A stretch of 47,673 nucleotides of DNA. Origin: Vezdaea acicularis. Its lineage: Eukaryota. Under the pieces are notes generated by a model. That model was not told where the DNA came from and searched no databases. It saw only the letters and a list, made by a program, of their open reading frames with translations. Shown here one piece after another: positions 1-13,174 of this stretch; the stretch's first letter is position 1; every line of letters begins with the position of its first letter. The position numbers and the translations under genes are program-made. Location: assembly GCA_026025075.1 (NCBI GenBank), contig JAPEUI010000057.1, positions 62,001 to 109,673 on the forward strand, written 5' to 3'.

Positions 1-1
1 G

Positions 2-145
2 AAGAGGGTGGGGGAGGGCGAATTCAATTATAAGCAGCTCGCTTTGGATGTTAAGGGGCACCAGCGGGTATGGCTGGAGAACGCAGATGTAAAAGCGGAG
101 CCTCTTGGAGAGAGTCGAAAATTCTTCGGTGTAAAGTGGAGATGA
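2..145 (+). CDS. TIM21: 3' end of mitochondrial inner-membrane translocase subunit Tim21 (partial; starts before the window)
   Basis: Frame 2 from position 2 is open: KRVGEGEFNYKQLALDVKGHQRVWLENADVKAEPLGESRKFFGVKWR, TGA at 143-145. The LDVKGHQRxxLENAD...FFGVKW pattern matches my recollection of fungal Tim21 C-termini. Absent from the ORF track because it has no start codon. Confidence 0.7.
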   Translation, partial: KRVGEGEFNYKQLALDVKGHQRVWLENADVKAEPLGESRKFFGVKWR

Positions 146-1229
146 GACGAAGGCAGCCTACCGGAATCCGAGTGGAATGCTCATGGTCATGTGCGGGTTC
201 GGGCTCACCGTAGGCCCCCCACATGCCACAATGGCGCTCAAGAAGAGCAGGCAGATGGAAATGGCTCCACTTGATCCATTCAAAAATGCTGATCAAGATC
301 CTGCGAGAGAGCGCGTTCACAAATCTAGCAGATCCTATCGACATGTATCACGAGAGAATTATCGTCAAAGGCATGGAAGATAATCTGGCGCTCATCCTGA
401 GTCTGGCATGAAACGTCGAGGCTAAGCCATCAATCAATCGTGGCGCTACGCTTCTACTGCTCAGCATGAAATGGTGCTCTGGGTAGATTGATAAAATGTC
501 AAAAGCCTTGGCCCGTTCTGCTACCTTTGCCCAGCTCAATAGAAGACCTTGAACGCCGCCACAAGATCCTTCAACCTTTCTTAAACTCCAGGGTATAGAC
601 CAACTTGACGTGGTTCCTCGATGTTCCGAGAAAGAAATGGCTTTTTGCGGGGGAAAGAAATCTTGGATGCAAATAATAATCATTTTTCCGCCGGGGTGCT
701 GTTCTAATGCTTTGCATGCCTAGAAACTTTTGACCTCTTGCAAGGCTTCAATCAGTGCAAAATGACTATGGCGAAATATCAAGAAATCAAGTCCATACAT
801 AACGCTAAGATAGAAATTCCAAGGCAATAGCTTTAGTAATGGGTTACCTGTTATTCCGACTCTCCAAGCTCTGACCGGGTCTACAAATCTGGCGCCAAAC
901 ACCCACAGCGCCCTTCGTCCGTGTGCAGCCAATCACCTCGAAGATTGAATCTGCACCGGTTGCGGATAACATAAGTCTATAAAATTCGTTGAAGGGGCAG
1001 GATAGAATCAGCTTGTTTTCCAACCGCAGCTCACGGTAAACGATATACCGCGACATTCTGAAGGCAAGCACGATGATTGAATGGAATATCATGAATGATA
1101 GCCGACGTTGCAAGTTGCTCGGTCGAAAAGGAGTTTCCATTCGACACCATGGGCGATACGAAGGGAGGCGGCCTAGACCAAAACGATCGAGTGTAGAAAT
1201 CGTGAACGAACGGAAATGAGGTGACCGTG

Positions 1230-2924
1230 TCAAGAGGCCAGGTTGGAATAGAATCCACGAGAGGCCTCGGAGCCCTGGAAGCGCGAGCATAGTTGAGGGA
1301 GTGGCTGGATCTTGGTCTCAGGCCAAACTCCCACTGGTTTAGAACCAAGCTTTGACAGGTCTCTAGACAAGGAGACAGGCTCGCTTGTCCTCTCATGTCG
1401 CGAAGCGGCCGATGGAAAGGACGTAAAGCCATTTCCAAGCCGAGTCTGGTTCATTTGTGACTCAAACAGCGAAGATGGATAATATTGGTAGCCGGGATAC
1501 TCTTCAATCGCACTCGACTCTTCGGCCGTGAGTATTGGCTCCAGAGGCGTGTCAAGTTGACCACCACTGGAGGATCGGCTCGAGATCGAATGTTCTGCTA
1601 GACTCTCCAGCGAACAAGACTGAGAGCTTAAGCCCAGGGAACTCTGATAGCTTGATCCGTTGAAGCCTGGATTAGAGCTGCCCACAAATGAATATGGGGC
1701 GCTCATCCCTCTAAAGCTCGTTGTTGCTCCTGTTCCCGCGATCGGCCCTCCGCCGCTCATATCACCACCTCCAGCAGAGGGGCCACTACTACTCGAGCTG
1801 CCTCGGCGATCATCTTGATAATGACCTGGCGACCGGCCACGGACCACCATGGGAACAGACGTCCGAGTTGCAACCTTGACCCAGTCGTTTTCTGATCCCG
1901 AGGAAGACGCCACCTCCGCATATAGCTCAACGACCAAGTGGTAATATTGCTGAGCAGCACGCCTCTTGCCATTGTTAGCTGTCGCAGACTTGAACTGGAT
2001 CCTTTCAAAGCTCGCAACGGTTTGCGGTTGGGGCGCTTGCTGTGTGAGCTGTGGTTCGTATTCTTGCAACGACGCTAGTGGAGAACCTTGATAGTGAGCG
2101 CTTACGCTGCCCATTGAACCTAGGTAGAGACCCGAGGGTGCGATGACGTGAGGTTGGAGTTTTATGCGGTCTGGCTTCCCTTGAGGACCTCGATCTCGCT
2201 TTGCAGTGTGCTGCACTAGCTCCACGGCCTTCTCCGGCTGCGCATCCACAACTGCAGAGATAGACATGGCGAACGACAAGATATTTTCAGCAATGTTAGA
2301 ACCGTTTCCGCGCGATAGATAGAGCGGGATGCTCAAGAATTGTGGCCTCAAAGTGTACGAGCAGGTTAGCGAGAAATAGTTCCGGCGGTAAGAAGTCCAT
2401 TCATGATCCGTAAAGAAGAAACCCTTTTCGATCTTTGCGTTGATCTCCGGTCTGACGATATCTCTTGTCGCGGTAGTCATATGCTGGAGTACACATGTCG
2501 GCTCCAATGGTGGAGTCTGCGTCTCCGATTGACTTAGGGGTAACAGTCTCGCAGTCTCGAGATGCAATGGGCCTCTTATCATACCATAGGGCAGATTCGA
2601 GGGCAGCGAATAGGGTGCAGTTTGGTTGTATGCGCTTCCGGACGACGCTGAAGTTGGAGAGCGTGGGGAGTGCGGTAGAAGGTCAAAGGATTGTCTTCCC
2701 AGCTGAGGTGTTGGGGTAGCGTATATATCGCGACTTGAGGTTGTAACAGTATTTGGTCTCCTGGGTATTTGGGCGGGCGATGGCATTCCAGAGGCCGTAG
2801 AGCTAAGTCTTCCGCCGTATGTCAGTTCGGATTTGTTCTTATATTCCTGGGCCATAGCCCAGGAAACTTCTTGAGGTCATGTTGCTACTCACAAAGACGG
2901 CATTCGTGGCCGCTGATCAGCCAT
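1230..2924 (-). CDS. NDT80: NDT80/PhoG-family (p53-like fold) transcription factor
   Basis: Motifs WTSYRRNYF, LVQHTAKRDRGP, FERIQFKSATANNGKRRAAQQYYHLVVEL and VVRGRSPGHY. Inferred exon 1 is 2924-2893 (MADQRPRMPS). Intron has GTGAGT at 2892, CTGAC branch at 2825-2821 and acceptor TAG (exon 2 from 2802) or AAG (from 2808), both in frame. Which paralogue this is (fsd-1/ndtA-like or other) cannot be determined by eye. Confidence 0.93.
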
Positions 2925-5900
2925 CTTGTGGGAAGGGTAGAGATCAAATGTGGCTGGAGACTTCGATTGCCGTGTGAAACAGTCTCCAGTATCAAAACTG
3001 CCGTTTGAGGAAGAGTATGTAAGGGGCGGTCAGGCACGGAAAGGCGCCCCTAGAGTTGGAGTGGCTAAGACCGAGCTTGTCGCTGGGCTTGACTGGGCTC
3101 AGGGGAGCTCCTGGCCCCGTCCGGAAACTGGACTCTCAAAAGAATGTTAGCTATGTATGCGAGTAATCCTTCGTCCAGACCGCTGCCCTCCAATATTTAT
3201 GAAAATATGACAGGAATGACAACGCCTGTCAGAGCCATCCTAGCAAGAACCGCGCGTGATGAAGGGTGTGGATGCACAAGCTTAGAGCTCGAACTTGCTT
3301 AAGAGCTGCCTAAGAGTTACCAGGTTGCGACGTGGTCTTGCCGCGGCCCGCGATTCATTCTGCAGATGTAGATTCAGGTCGCAGAACAGCATGCGGCGTG
3401 ACGATGAAATGGACAAGGTTAAAGGTCGATGAGAGCAGAGGCGATCTAGAACTACCGACGCTATGGGTCAGCGCAACTTCACGCACCGCGCAATAGTTTC
3501 GCCGTCAGGAAGCAACAGCGAGATGCGTTGCTTCTTCTTTGGCGGGTGCAGGGAGTGATAGTCAAGGGGGTCAGGCGGCTGGGAGACGTCCCCTGCGCAG
3601 TGGTAGTGAAGTTCGTGTCGCAATGTCGTAGGTCGTGCGGGACTGTGTTCGGCTTGTGGAGGGTCTGGGACGGAAGATGTCAGCGGTCTGCTCCTCCTGC
3701 TTCGAACCCTCCCATCTTTTCATCTCTATCACGGCCAGGGCGTGGGCTGAGATGGGGATCGTAGACTCTTCATGCTACATTCGATGCCGGCAAGCGATAT
3801 CACGACTTTAGCTTTGCCGCTGAGCAAAGAAATACTGGGACTACGCAAGCCTTGCTGATCTGCAAGCTGAGCATATGCAGTGTGTGGGCTCGAAGATTGC
3901 GGGCACTAGGCCTGAAGAGGAGTCGTTCGCCGTCGATTCTTCCGCCAGATAGTCTTCCCTTACCTCGTAGTGGATAAAGAGATCCGTAGTACTGTACTGC
4001 CCGATAGCCGGGGAGACTGGTCGCTCCTGTCCATGCACACATGTACGCCTTTCACGAGGCGGCAACGAGATCAAACTTACCATAGTTGATGTGAGGCTCT
4101 TGCACGACCATCCTCCGCTGCTACTCAGTGCTAAGATCAAGGGGGGGAAAGGGGAGGGGGGGGGGGTGTTAGGCAGAGCACGAGAAGGGTCTCCAAACGA
4201 GCCCGATCGGGCGATACAGCAGTAATTATCGGGTGATCGCGGTTCCAAAACCACCAGGCCGCAACAGACTACTCCGGAAATAGTCATGAGATTATCCTCA
4301 CAATCTGGCTATCTTCGGGCGCTGTTCGAGGCGCGCGTGAGGCAAAATTGTGGGAGATCGGTGCGGGAGAAACAGAAGATCAGACAAGGTCAATCGATTG
4401 GTCGCGCGCTCGAGCGCTTGAGGTGTCCAGTAAGCCGTGTCTCGGGCCTGCGAGTCTTCCACGGAGTGTAATCCGGACCAGATACGGGGACTAAACAGCC
4501 CTTTCGCCCCCGCAACTTGAGATTTGTCGGCAGTGATAGCATCCTGACCTGTGCATGTGACTTTCGATGCATTGACCTTTGTGAAGCTCAGTCATCGGCT
4601 GGATAGGTCAACAGGCCTATCGGGCGCTGATCAGACCATGAATCCGAAAAAGCTCGTTAAGGGGGATGTAGAGCCCATATTGTTCGGCCGCACTCGCTCC
4701 GGGAGAAGATTTTGAGGGGGTTGCAGAAGGGTGTTGAACTGCTTAGTCAAGCTCAACGTCCCCCAGATGCGTACTTTCTGCGCAATACCTGAGAAATGGA
4801 ATCTCACTAAGCGTCAATTCGATCTGTCTGGAGATGGTGGGTGTTCCTGGTGAATCATAAGAGTGCGGGATTTCTCTGGTCCAGAGAAGTCAATTAAATC
4901 AGGTGTAAATCAAAAGTTGAGATTGACGCTGGTCCGTCAGATGAAGATAATAGAGAAAAAGGATCGTCTTGCAATAGATAGCTCAAGATAGGAATCTCCA
5001 GCCGACCAAGATAGTAGGGGGTAGGAGGGTCGACGGCAAAGGAAATGAAGAGGGGGGAGCCTTCGAAGACGGCTGTGGCACTTGGTCGAGGCAAGGAGGA
5101 TGCCTTTTCCCCTGATTCCCTCCTCGTGCCTGCCATGAACATCGACATGGCATTGGAGATCCGGCTCCGCTCCGCAAAAGCCACGACGAGGCTTTCACGA
5201 GGAAGCAGCAAGGGCCGCACCATGCACACAATGGACAAAGGGGAGGCGATGTGCTGACGCCACCCAAGGCACCGCGGGCCTGAACCAATCGGGGAGGGAG
5301 GGAGAATGTGACGAGAGGGTGTGGTGCATATGGCGGCTGATGTGACGCGCCGCTCGCAGGAAAGGGCAGAGCCGACCTGGTCGACCTGGTCGACCCAGCC
5401 GCCAACCGCCAACCGCCAACCACATGGCCTCCAAGGGGACGTCGAGCATGGCCAGCGCCTTTGTTTTCGCGGGACACCTACAGTCTCATATCGTCTCGTG
5501 TCCGCGTTCCAGGCCGGAGGATGCGGTGCGGGGTCCTCGCCCCCACCCTCGCCCTTGCCTCTCCCGCGCTTCGCCGAATGCGAGCGACTAGAGCGACGTC
5601 GGGTCCGCACGCGCGACCGCATCACGCCAGCGGCTGGCTGTGGCGTCGTTTCCGCTGCCCCAAGCGCGATCGCCGAGCTTCAGATCTCCCGCGCGCGGCC
5701 TCCCGCGCCGGCCTCGCCCCCTCGCCCCTTCCCTCTTCCTCATGCGATATGCTGCGATACGAGACCTCGCACCCGCCGAAGGCTGTCACGTGCGTGCGGA
5801 CCCTCCGGCTTGTCAAGATGCGTCTCCCTCTCATGCCAAGCTCCGGATCGGCGCATTGGCCGGCCCCGGTCGCCGGCCTGCGATCGTCCGACCGATGCCG

Positions 5901-8900
5901 TTCCGAGGACATCAGCCTGTCGTTTCTTCGCGACCGCCGTCGACGACGTCGTAAGCGAGAGCACGCTAACGGGGCCCGGACCCAGGCGGCTTCCCGCACT
6001 CCGTGGGGGGGCTTCTCTTGAGTCGGCGCGGCCCACCATGCCTCAGCGTGGAAAATCCTCTCTCGTTACGTTGTCCGTTCGTGCGGCACCATCATCGCCC
6101 GCCGTGGCAGAGCGGGATCAGCCGCGGTAGGACAGACCCGCGACACGGGTGTCCGGGCAGGCACGTCGTCACCTCCCTTTCGCATCCGACCCTCGACCTC
6201 TTGCGCCGTTCCCTACCGGCAGCGACGTTGCAACCCTTCCCTAATTGCGCGCGTCGATACGGCAGGCGGTGGTGGATGAACGTCACAAGATAGACGCCCT
6301 CTTCAATATAGCCTATACAATGTATCTGACCCTCTCACTGGCGCATATCCGTCATCACATTCTCCAAGGCCAGCGGCGACGCGAAGTGTATCCGACTCAA
6401 AGCGTTGCTCCTCAAACCCTGCCAGATCGGCTGAAGCGCACCACAACCCGGCCAAGATGAGCTCCCCGTCGTCTGATCGATCCATCTCCAACCCGTGGTT
6501 GGCTGTCGGACGAACTTGCGGGCTCGACCAACAAAGCCCGCGGATACCACGTATGCCGCCGCCCAGCCACGTGGTTGCTCTCTCTATCTCGAAGATGGCC
6601 CCGGCCTATCGATGCTCGACTTTGACGCAGGGTGGGAATTTAGATCGTTCTCATGCCCTCTTCCTGGTGGCGGCAGCCCTCTGCGCGGCCGATTGCGACA
6701 TCCTCAAGCCTCCATTCTCAAAGGCGAGAGGGGCATGAGAGCCCTTCGGCTCCTTGGCTGCTTGGCCCGTTGACGGCTTGGGCGGTCTCGACAGTCGGAC
6801 GCGTAGTGATAGGGATATAGCGGGCGCTCCAATGAAAATGCGGTCTAGTCCGCGTTGCGGCTAATGCCGGCAGCCATAGCATCAACATGGTCATATTCCA
6901 TTGCCCCCTATGCGAACCCCCCTTCTGAAAGAGCAGCTGTCCGTGGCATTTCTGCGCCCCTTGCAATGCCGTACGTGGGCCATCTCAGACCTCTCGTTCC
7001 GTCGTCTTCTCGTGTGTTAATCGATTCCGCCGCCAACGGATCGGCTTTCGACCCCCTTTCCAGAGCCGCCGCCGGCCTTTCAGAAAGCCCTCGCAGTCTC
7101 CCCGAGCCCCCCCCCCTAGCTATACGCTTATCTCTGCAGCTGGCCTCGCTCGAGTCGTCGAGCGAGCTTGATAGAGTCCATTCGAGCATCCAACGCAACC
7201 AGTCCAGGCTGGCTGAGGTTGATGCGAAGTTCATGTCCAAGTCGGGCCATCAAATTCCAGCCACATGGCGGAAGTAGTTGGAAAGGTCACAGTCGAAACA
7301 TTCCCTTTGTAGAACTCTCTTGCCCTGCTTTTTGGACCAGGTCAGACTGGTATACATTTTCTGGTGGACGAACTTTCCAGCAGCCATTTCTCCTACACGA
7401 CCCGACGACATGGCCATCACCATTCCCAGAGGACATCCACTCCTCTCCCAGCATCAGTCTTGCCACTTTGCGCCAAACGAGTTGTCAGAGTGACATGTCC
7501 GCCTTGCATTGAGATGCAGTATCCCCTGTCCACCTAATAATTCGAGCTCGCCGAGGTGCCTCCTTCTTGAGTGGGCCGTTACAAGCCGCTTCACGCCGGG
7601 TAACAGCAGCATGGTGGCAGCGGACAATGTGACGGTTTTTTAGATAATGAGGGGGCTTACGAACGTCCGAGTCGGATGGCGAATAGTCACGGAGCAGCCT
7701 TGTCATGACAACCGGCAGATCCCGGCATTTCCTTTAGATTGAAGGAATCGATCGAGGGCTCGTGATCAAGTCGCAAGAGGAGGTCAGTGGCGTCTAGATG
7801 ACGGCCCGTCATTCGGTGAACGGAGACATCTCCACGCATCCAAGGAGCCTCCGGGCGTGGGGTTGTAGTGAGCGTTGTGTAACGTTACACAGCTTCGACA
7901 GCTTTAGAGAATGAGCAGGAACGAAGAGATCGCTTCGCTCATAGCGCTCAGACCCTCGATCTGGGCGCGCCCTAGCTGTGATTTGGCATATCGCGCCTTT
8001 TGAGAATTCAACGCATACCAGCGCCAAAATAAGGAAATACAAAATTTAATGGTACAACAGCTCTGATCAGGCAGATTTGGGAGAGATGGCGCCAGCTCTG
8101 GCTTCTTCGACTGCTCAAAGGCGAGCTCGCAGGTGCGACGGGGGCACGGTGATCGGTTCAATATTCAGGATCTATTCCTCGTGTCTTTGTCCCATCCTCG
8201 AGACGTCGTGTCTCGTATGACCGCCAAATTCTTGGTTCTTTTCGACGCTCTGGTCTCGTCCTGCGGAACGGGTGAGTGCGAATAGGGTGCTTCCGCCGTA
8301 TTTACCCCGCCTCAGTGCTGGCGCCTTATGCCCTCGGGCGTTAGCTCTCTTGGCCTCCTTCCCTTGGGCTGTAATTGCTTCCGATCGCACCAAGTCAACC
8401 AAAACCGGAACGCAGACCGTTGCATCGATGCATCGATGCCATTTCAGGCGCTGATTTACGTGAAGAAGCATAGAGGCAGCACAGGCTCTGGGAGGATGAG
8501 AAGTCTTCCTTCGGAGAGCGAAAGGCATTAGTGACGCTCCGAGATCACCCTAACATCCCGTTTCGGGAGCTTTCCGTGTCGTACAAACTGTCAAGCATTT
8601 CCTCTCCAAGTCAGATACATCGATCAGTAATCCTCGAGTCGTCAAGGATGGTTCTTGACGTGGCGATGATTGCCGCTCAACCTTTCGGGGGAGAATCAAG
8701 GCCAAAGTCACTGCGTAGAAGTCTATTTAAGCTTCTTCCTAGATAGTGACAGGTCAAATTGGAACCACCTTACCACAGCAACCATGCTACTCAGCAGCTA
8801 GACCAATCAAGACAAGGTAAGAGGGTATCGGGAAGCCAGTACTAGCCGGAGAGCAAGGTAGGCTCAACCCCGAGGGTGGCAACTCGTACCGGGTTCCAGC

Positions 8901-9890
8901 GTGCTGCTTTTGCATCCAGTGATTGCTTCATCGTCAGAGCGCTCATACTAAAAAAACGGCTCTGCACCAACAAGTTCAACACTCAGAATGTACTCGCGAT
9001 GACCGTGCATTGGCTGAATGATCTTAGGTACTCGGGAGGGAAGTGGTCATGGCGCCAGAGTACTTAAGGCATCTAGTAGTTGGATTTAGTACTCTTCCAG
9101 CGCAGTTAGCGCATTGATCAGCATACCTGAACGTGCGACCATATAACGCTTGATGCCCATTCAACCCTACAGCCGGGCGAGCCGAGACTTTTCTGGGCTA
9201 AACATAGACGCAGCGTTGTGGTGGGCTAGGCGCATCTGGGCTTTAGCTCCGTCAACAGAATCCAAGGTATCCACCAGAAGCACTTTGATTACAGTGGGCA
9301 CAGTCATCCTGCATTGCGGTGAGGACAGAAGGCAAAGCTAGTATGGTATGTATCTCCCGAGAGCCTGTAGGGTGTTCTGGAGTATGTCTCTGTCGAAGTG
9401 CGACCAGGTGAATACATGTGACGTAACATTTATGCGGAAGGGGCGAAGTCCTGTGGAACTAGATGCGAGTGCTAGGAATGTTAGAGTGTTAGCGACCAAC
9501 CAAAGAGAAGAGGTGTGAAGTCCGAAGTGATGAGATAAACTCATGACGGCTGTACCTCACCATTTCCATTCCCTCTTTTATATAGCGCTAGCTTTTCGAT
9601 TCGGCAAATGATCGGCCGATGAGACAAATGATACGCCTCCACCAGTTCCAGGTTTCAATTCGTTGAACTTAAAGAAATGATTAGCGTCAATAGTGCAACG
9701 CATGAGATACTAGAAGTTAGGGGGAAATTGGCACAAGGCGAGACAATAAGGAATGATCTCGTTGAGAGCAGTGACCTAAGATTTGCATCAACGGCATCTA
9801 CATGCAGTTTCGAACGGAGTTTTAAACTAATAGTACACACCACAACCGGCGCCCAAGGACTGCTCTCATTACCTCTAATCGCTTTTGACA

Positions 9891-11424
9891 CTAAACCCGC
9901 AAAAGTTTGGCTCCGTACTGCGTGATGAGATTTTCGTCTGGAAATGACATTGCTTCTAAACTTTGTGCTGCTACTCGTTAGCTTTCTTGCACTCGGCGGA
10001 GAGTCTGCAGCCTTACCGTATGGGGTTGGAACCTCTGCGCCTGTCACTCTGACCGCTGGTGCATCTAGATAATCAAACGCATACTCCATTGTCAGGGCCA
10101 AGATCTCGGATGCAACGCCAAAGCTAGGAAATCCTGATTCAACAGCAATGAGGTGGCCGGTCTTTTTCACTGATTTAACGATAGCTTCGACATCCATAGG
10201 TTTGACGGAACGTAAGTTGATGACTTCGGCTTCAATCCCGTACTTTTGTTTCATCTGCTCCGCTGCAACAAGAGATTGCCCAACACATCGGGAAAGAGTT
10301 ACGATGGTGAGGTCTTTCCCAGTTCGCTCAATCTTTGCCTTGCCGAACTAATAGCCCACATTAGTTTTCAAGTTATATGGATGAGCCTAGGGTTTGAATA
10401 TTACAGGCAGTATGAAGTCATCTTTTTGAGCCTCTTCGCTCATTGGAAACATGGTTCCATACATCAGTCTTGTGGACTAAGTTAGCTTTAACCCGATTGC
10501 GAGACTCTGAAATACTCACTCATTCTCTAGAACAACTACGGGGTTTGGATCTCGGATGGCAGCCTTGAGAAGCCCTTTCGCATCCTCCGAACTCCATGGT
10601 GCTACCACCTTTAGCCCCGGGATGCTGCCGTACCAACTGCTGTAATCTTGAGAGTGCTGCGCTGCCACTCCAGCAGCAAAGCCGTTGGGTCCCCGGAAAG
10701 TTATGTTGCAGGGTTGAATGCCTCCAGACATGTAGTGCGTTTTGGCCGCCGAGTTGATGATCTGATCGATGGCTTGCATAGCAAAGTTAAATGTCATGAA
10801 TTCACACTATAAAGAGTGAGCAAGCTTAGAGCTAGTTCCATCAGTCACAAAGTAGAAATGAAACATACCACAGGATGTAAACCAGCTAAAGCCGCTCCAA
10901 CTGTAAGGCCACAAAAGCCACTCTCTGTAATTGGGCTGTCTATCACTCGTTTCTCACCAAAGCGATCTAACAACCCTTTTGTGACTTTGTATCTATACCA
11001 CATTCATCAGCACGCTTCGTAGGAGTCGAAGATTCGCACTAAAAGGCTTAAGGATCCAGTATACAGCTGCAAATGATATCATTGATTTAATTCGACGTAT
11101 ATGGGTGTTTAAAGGGAACATCCTGGAGCATTTCCGTATGAGGGCGGTCAAAAGGGCGACTTACGCTCCATTGTATTGAGCAACCTCCTCGCCTAGGACG
11201 AATACTTTATCGTTGCTTTCTAGCTCTTCTGCTAGAGCCTCGTTCAATGCGTCTCGGACTGCAACCTCCTTGACGCCACTTGGTGTAGCAAGGCTTCTCC
11301 TCGGCTGATCTCTCATCAGGCGGGGCGATAACGATGCGTATGGCGGCGCATGTCGAAATCTAGCATTATGTAGTGGCGCCGAAAGAAGCCGTATCGCAGG
11401 CCGCGACAATCTTGAGGCAGCCAT
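9891..11424 (-). CDS. PDB1: Pyruvate dehydrogenase E1 beta subunit, mitochondrial
   Basis: Arg-rich presequence, then [34 protein letters not shown] and [17 protein letters not shown]. Exons 11424-11165, 10992-10869, 10806-10520, 10468-10405, 10347-10017 and 9967-9891, all with GT..AG introns in phase. Confidence 0.96.
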
Positions 11425-11906
11425 CGCAATTGGTACTGGAAACAAGAGGGAGGGTCTGCTGCTGGAGGTCGGCTCGATGGGCTACCACGAAGCTGTACTT
11501 ACCCAGCTGTGTCCGGGGAAGTATGAAGGTTGAGGAGTCTGAGATATACTGATGGGTGATGTGAGCGTGTTGGGTCCTTTCGCGAACGAGCCTCCACAGC
11601 TTCCGCTATATGGCGGAATCTTAGCGCGCTTCAACGAAACGAGACCAGGTTGGCAAAATGCCATTGTGGCTAATTAAAGACAATCACTCAGCATTCACGG
11701 TTATTCAGACAAGGTCCAGATGAATTAATTCTACATCAGATCTCTCGTGGACCTCTCGCAGGGACTACTCGCAGGATGAGCACAAGCAAACAGATACCCT
11801 AAAGTTAATGGCCACGCTCCTGGTGCACATAGTCTTTACGCTCCGGCTCTCAGGCATCATATGCCACTACAGCAAGCTTTTCACTCGCTATCATATTTTC
11901 AGCAAC

Positions 11907-13174
11907 CTACTCCGGCTTTCGAGCGATCATCAAGTACATCGGGGTGAATAAATCCTCCTTCCCGCCTGCCACAAGATTGTCTGCAGCCACTGCAAGAGAG
12001 TCGGCAGTCTTCTGACTTCCTGCTGGAAATAACTTAATCCGCTCTGCCATTCCACAGAGGTTGTGGACTACAGTTCTTCCAATCCAGGTTAACCTAAGTA
12101 TGGTAAAGAAATCAAATATACTCCCCATTTGCCGGAAATCGCCCGTCAAGGGCCAATACCAAGGCATAGTATCAGGTCGCTTGGCCAGATCTTCGTGCAT
12201 CTCAAGCTCAAATCCTGCAGCTTTGATTGCAGCAATTCCTTCTGATATTTTAACCATGTTAGAGATGCCATCACCTTGCTCGATCCCTAACCGGACTTCA
12301 CGATGATGGGGGTTATCATTGTCATAGTTATCCGTCATAAGCCATTCGTAAACGCCAAACACACCGCCCGGCTTGAGCACACGGTATATCTGTGAGTAGA
12401 CTCCTTCGAGAGATGGCGCATGAACCGTAGCCTCAATAGCATATACGGCGTCGAAAGAATTCGAGGGAAATGACATTTGCTATTAGCACATGACTGATCA
12501 GCGGAATTGTAGTTGCTAAATAGAGATCCTGGAGCAAATGGCTAGAATACTGACCATAAAATCACCCTTCACATAGGATAATCTGTCCGACAGACCTTCG
12601 TCGGCGGCATACTTGGTAGCTCGATCGATTTGGTAATCATTGTTGTTCAGCCCAACAACATTCACACCTGCGAACTTCGCAATCTCTCGTCCCGGTCCAC
12701 CAACTCCACAGCCAACGTCAAGGACATTCATCCCGTCTCGCAGCCCCATCATATGAGCTAAATAATGTTCGTGCCGAGCTATGGCTTGGTCAAATGGCTC
12801 GCCCGGTGCGAATCTACAGAAATGGAATGACCTTCCCCAGCCGTATTCGTAAAAGTCGGTGGCAAGGTTATAATAGCTATAGAGCGGAGGCTGTCAGGGC
12901 CTACATAGTTGGAAGATTCATAGTTGTGGACTTACTTTCTTGTGAGAGTTGCATATTGAGCTCTCCGGGTCTCCCTATCCTTGTCGGTCTCAACTGACGC
13001 AGCTTTATTGTCCCAATGCTTGAAGTACTCATCCACCGCCGCTTTTTGGGATTGAGCATCCTTCCCGATCATCGCACGAAAACCTCCTTGTTGGTTGGCA
13101 GATTTGCCGTGTAAGGCTTTATTGAACGCTGCATCGCGCGAATGGTCTTCTGGCTCGAGACTGATTGGAGCCAT
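11907..13174 (-). CDS. ERG6: Sterol 24-C-methyltransferase
   Basis: [17 protein letters not shown]-binding [21 protein letters not shown] and VLKPGG. Exons 13174-12936, 12876-12555 and 12479-11907. Confidence 0.96.

Noticed and set aside
51..1229. Short ORFs between TIM21 and NDT80
   Set aside because: They lie in convergent 3' UTR or terminator space; the coding frame I can support is the Tim21 tail at 2-145.
4894..6773. Many overlapping ORFs up to 269 aa
   Set aside because: R/P/S/A-rich, open on both strands, typical of GC-rich non-coding DNA, with no recognisable domain.
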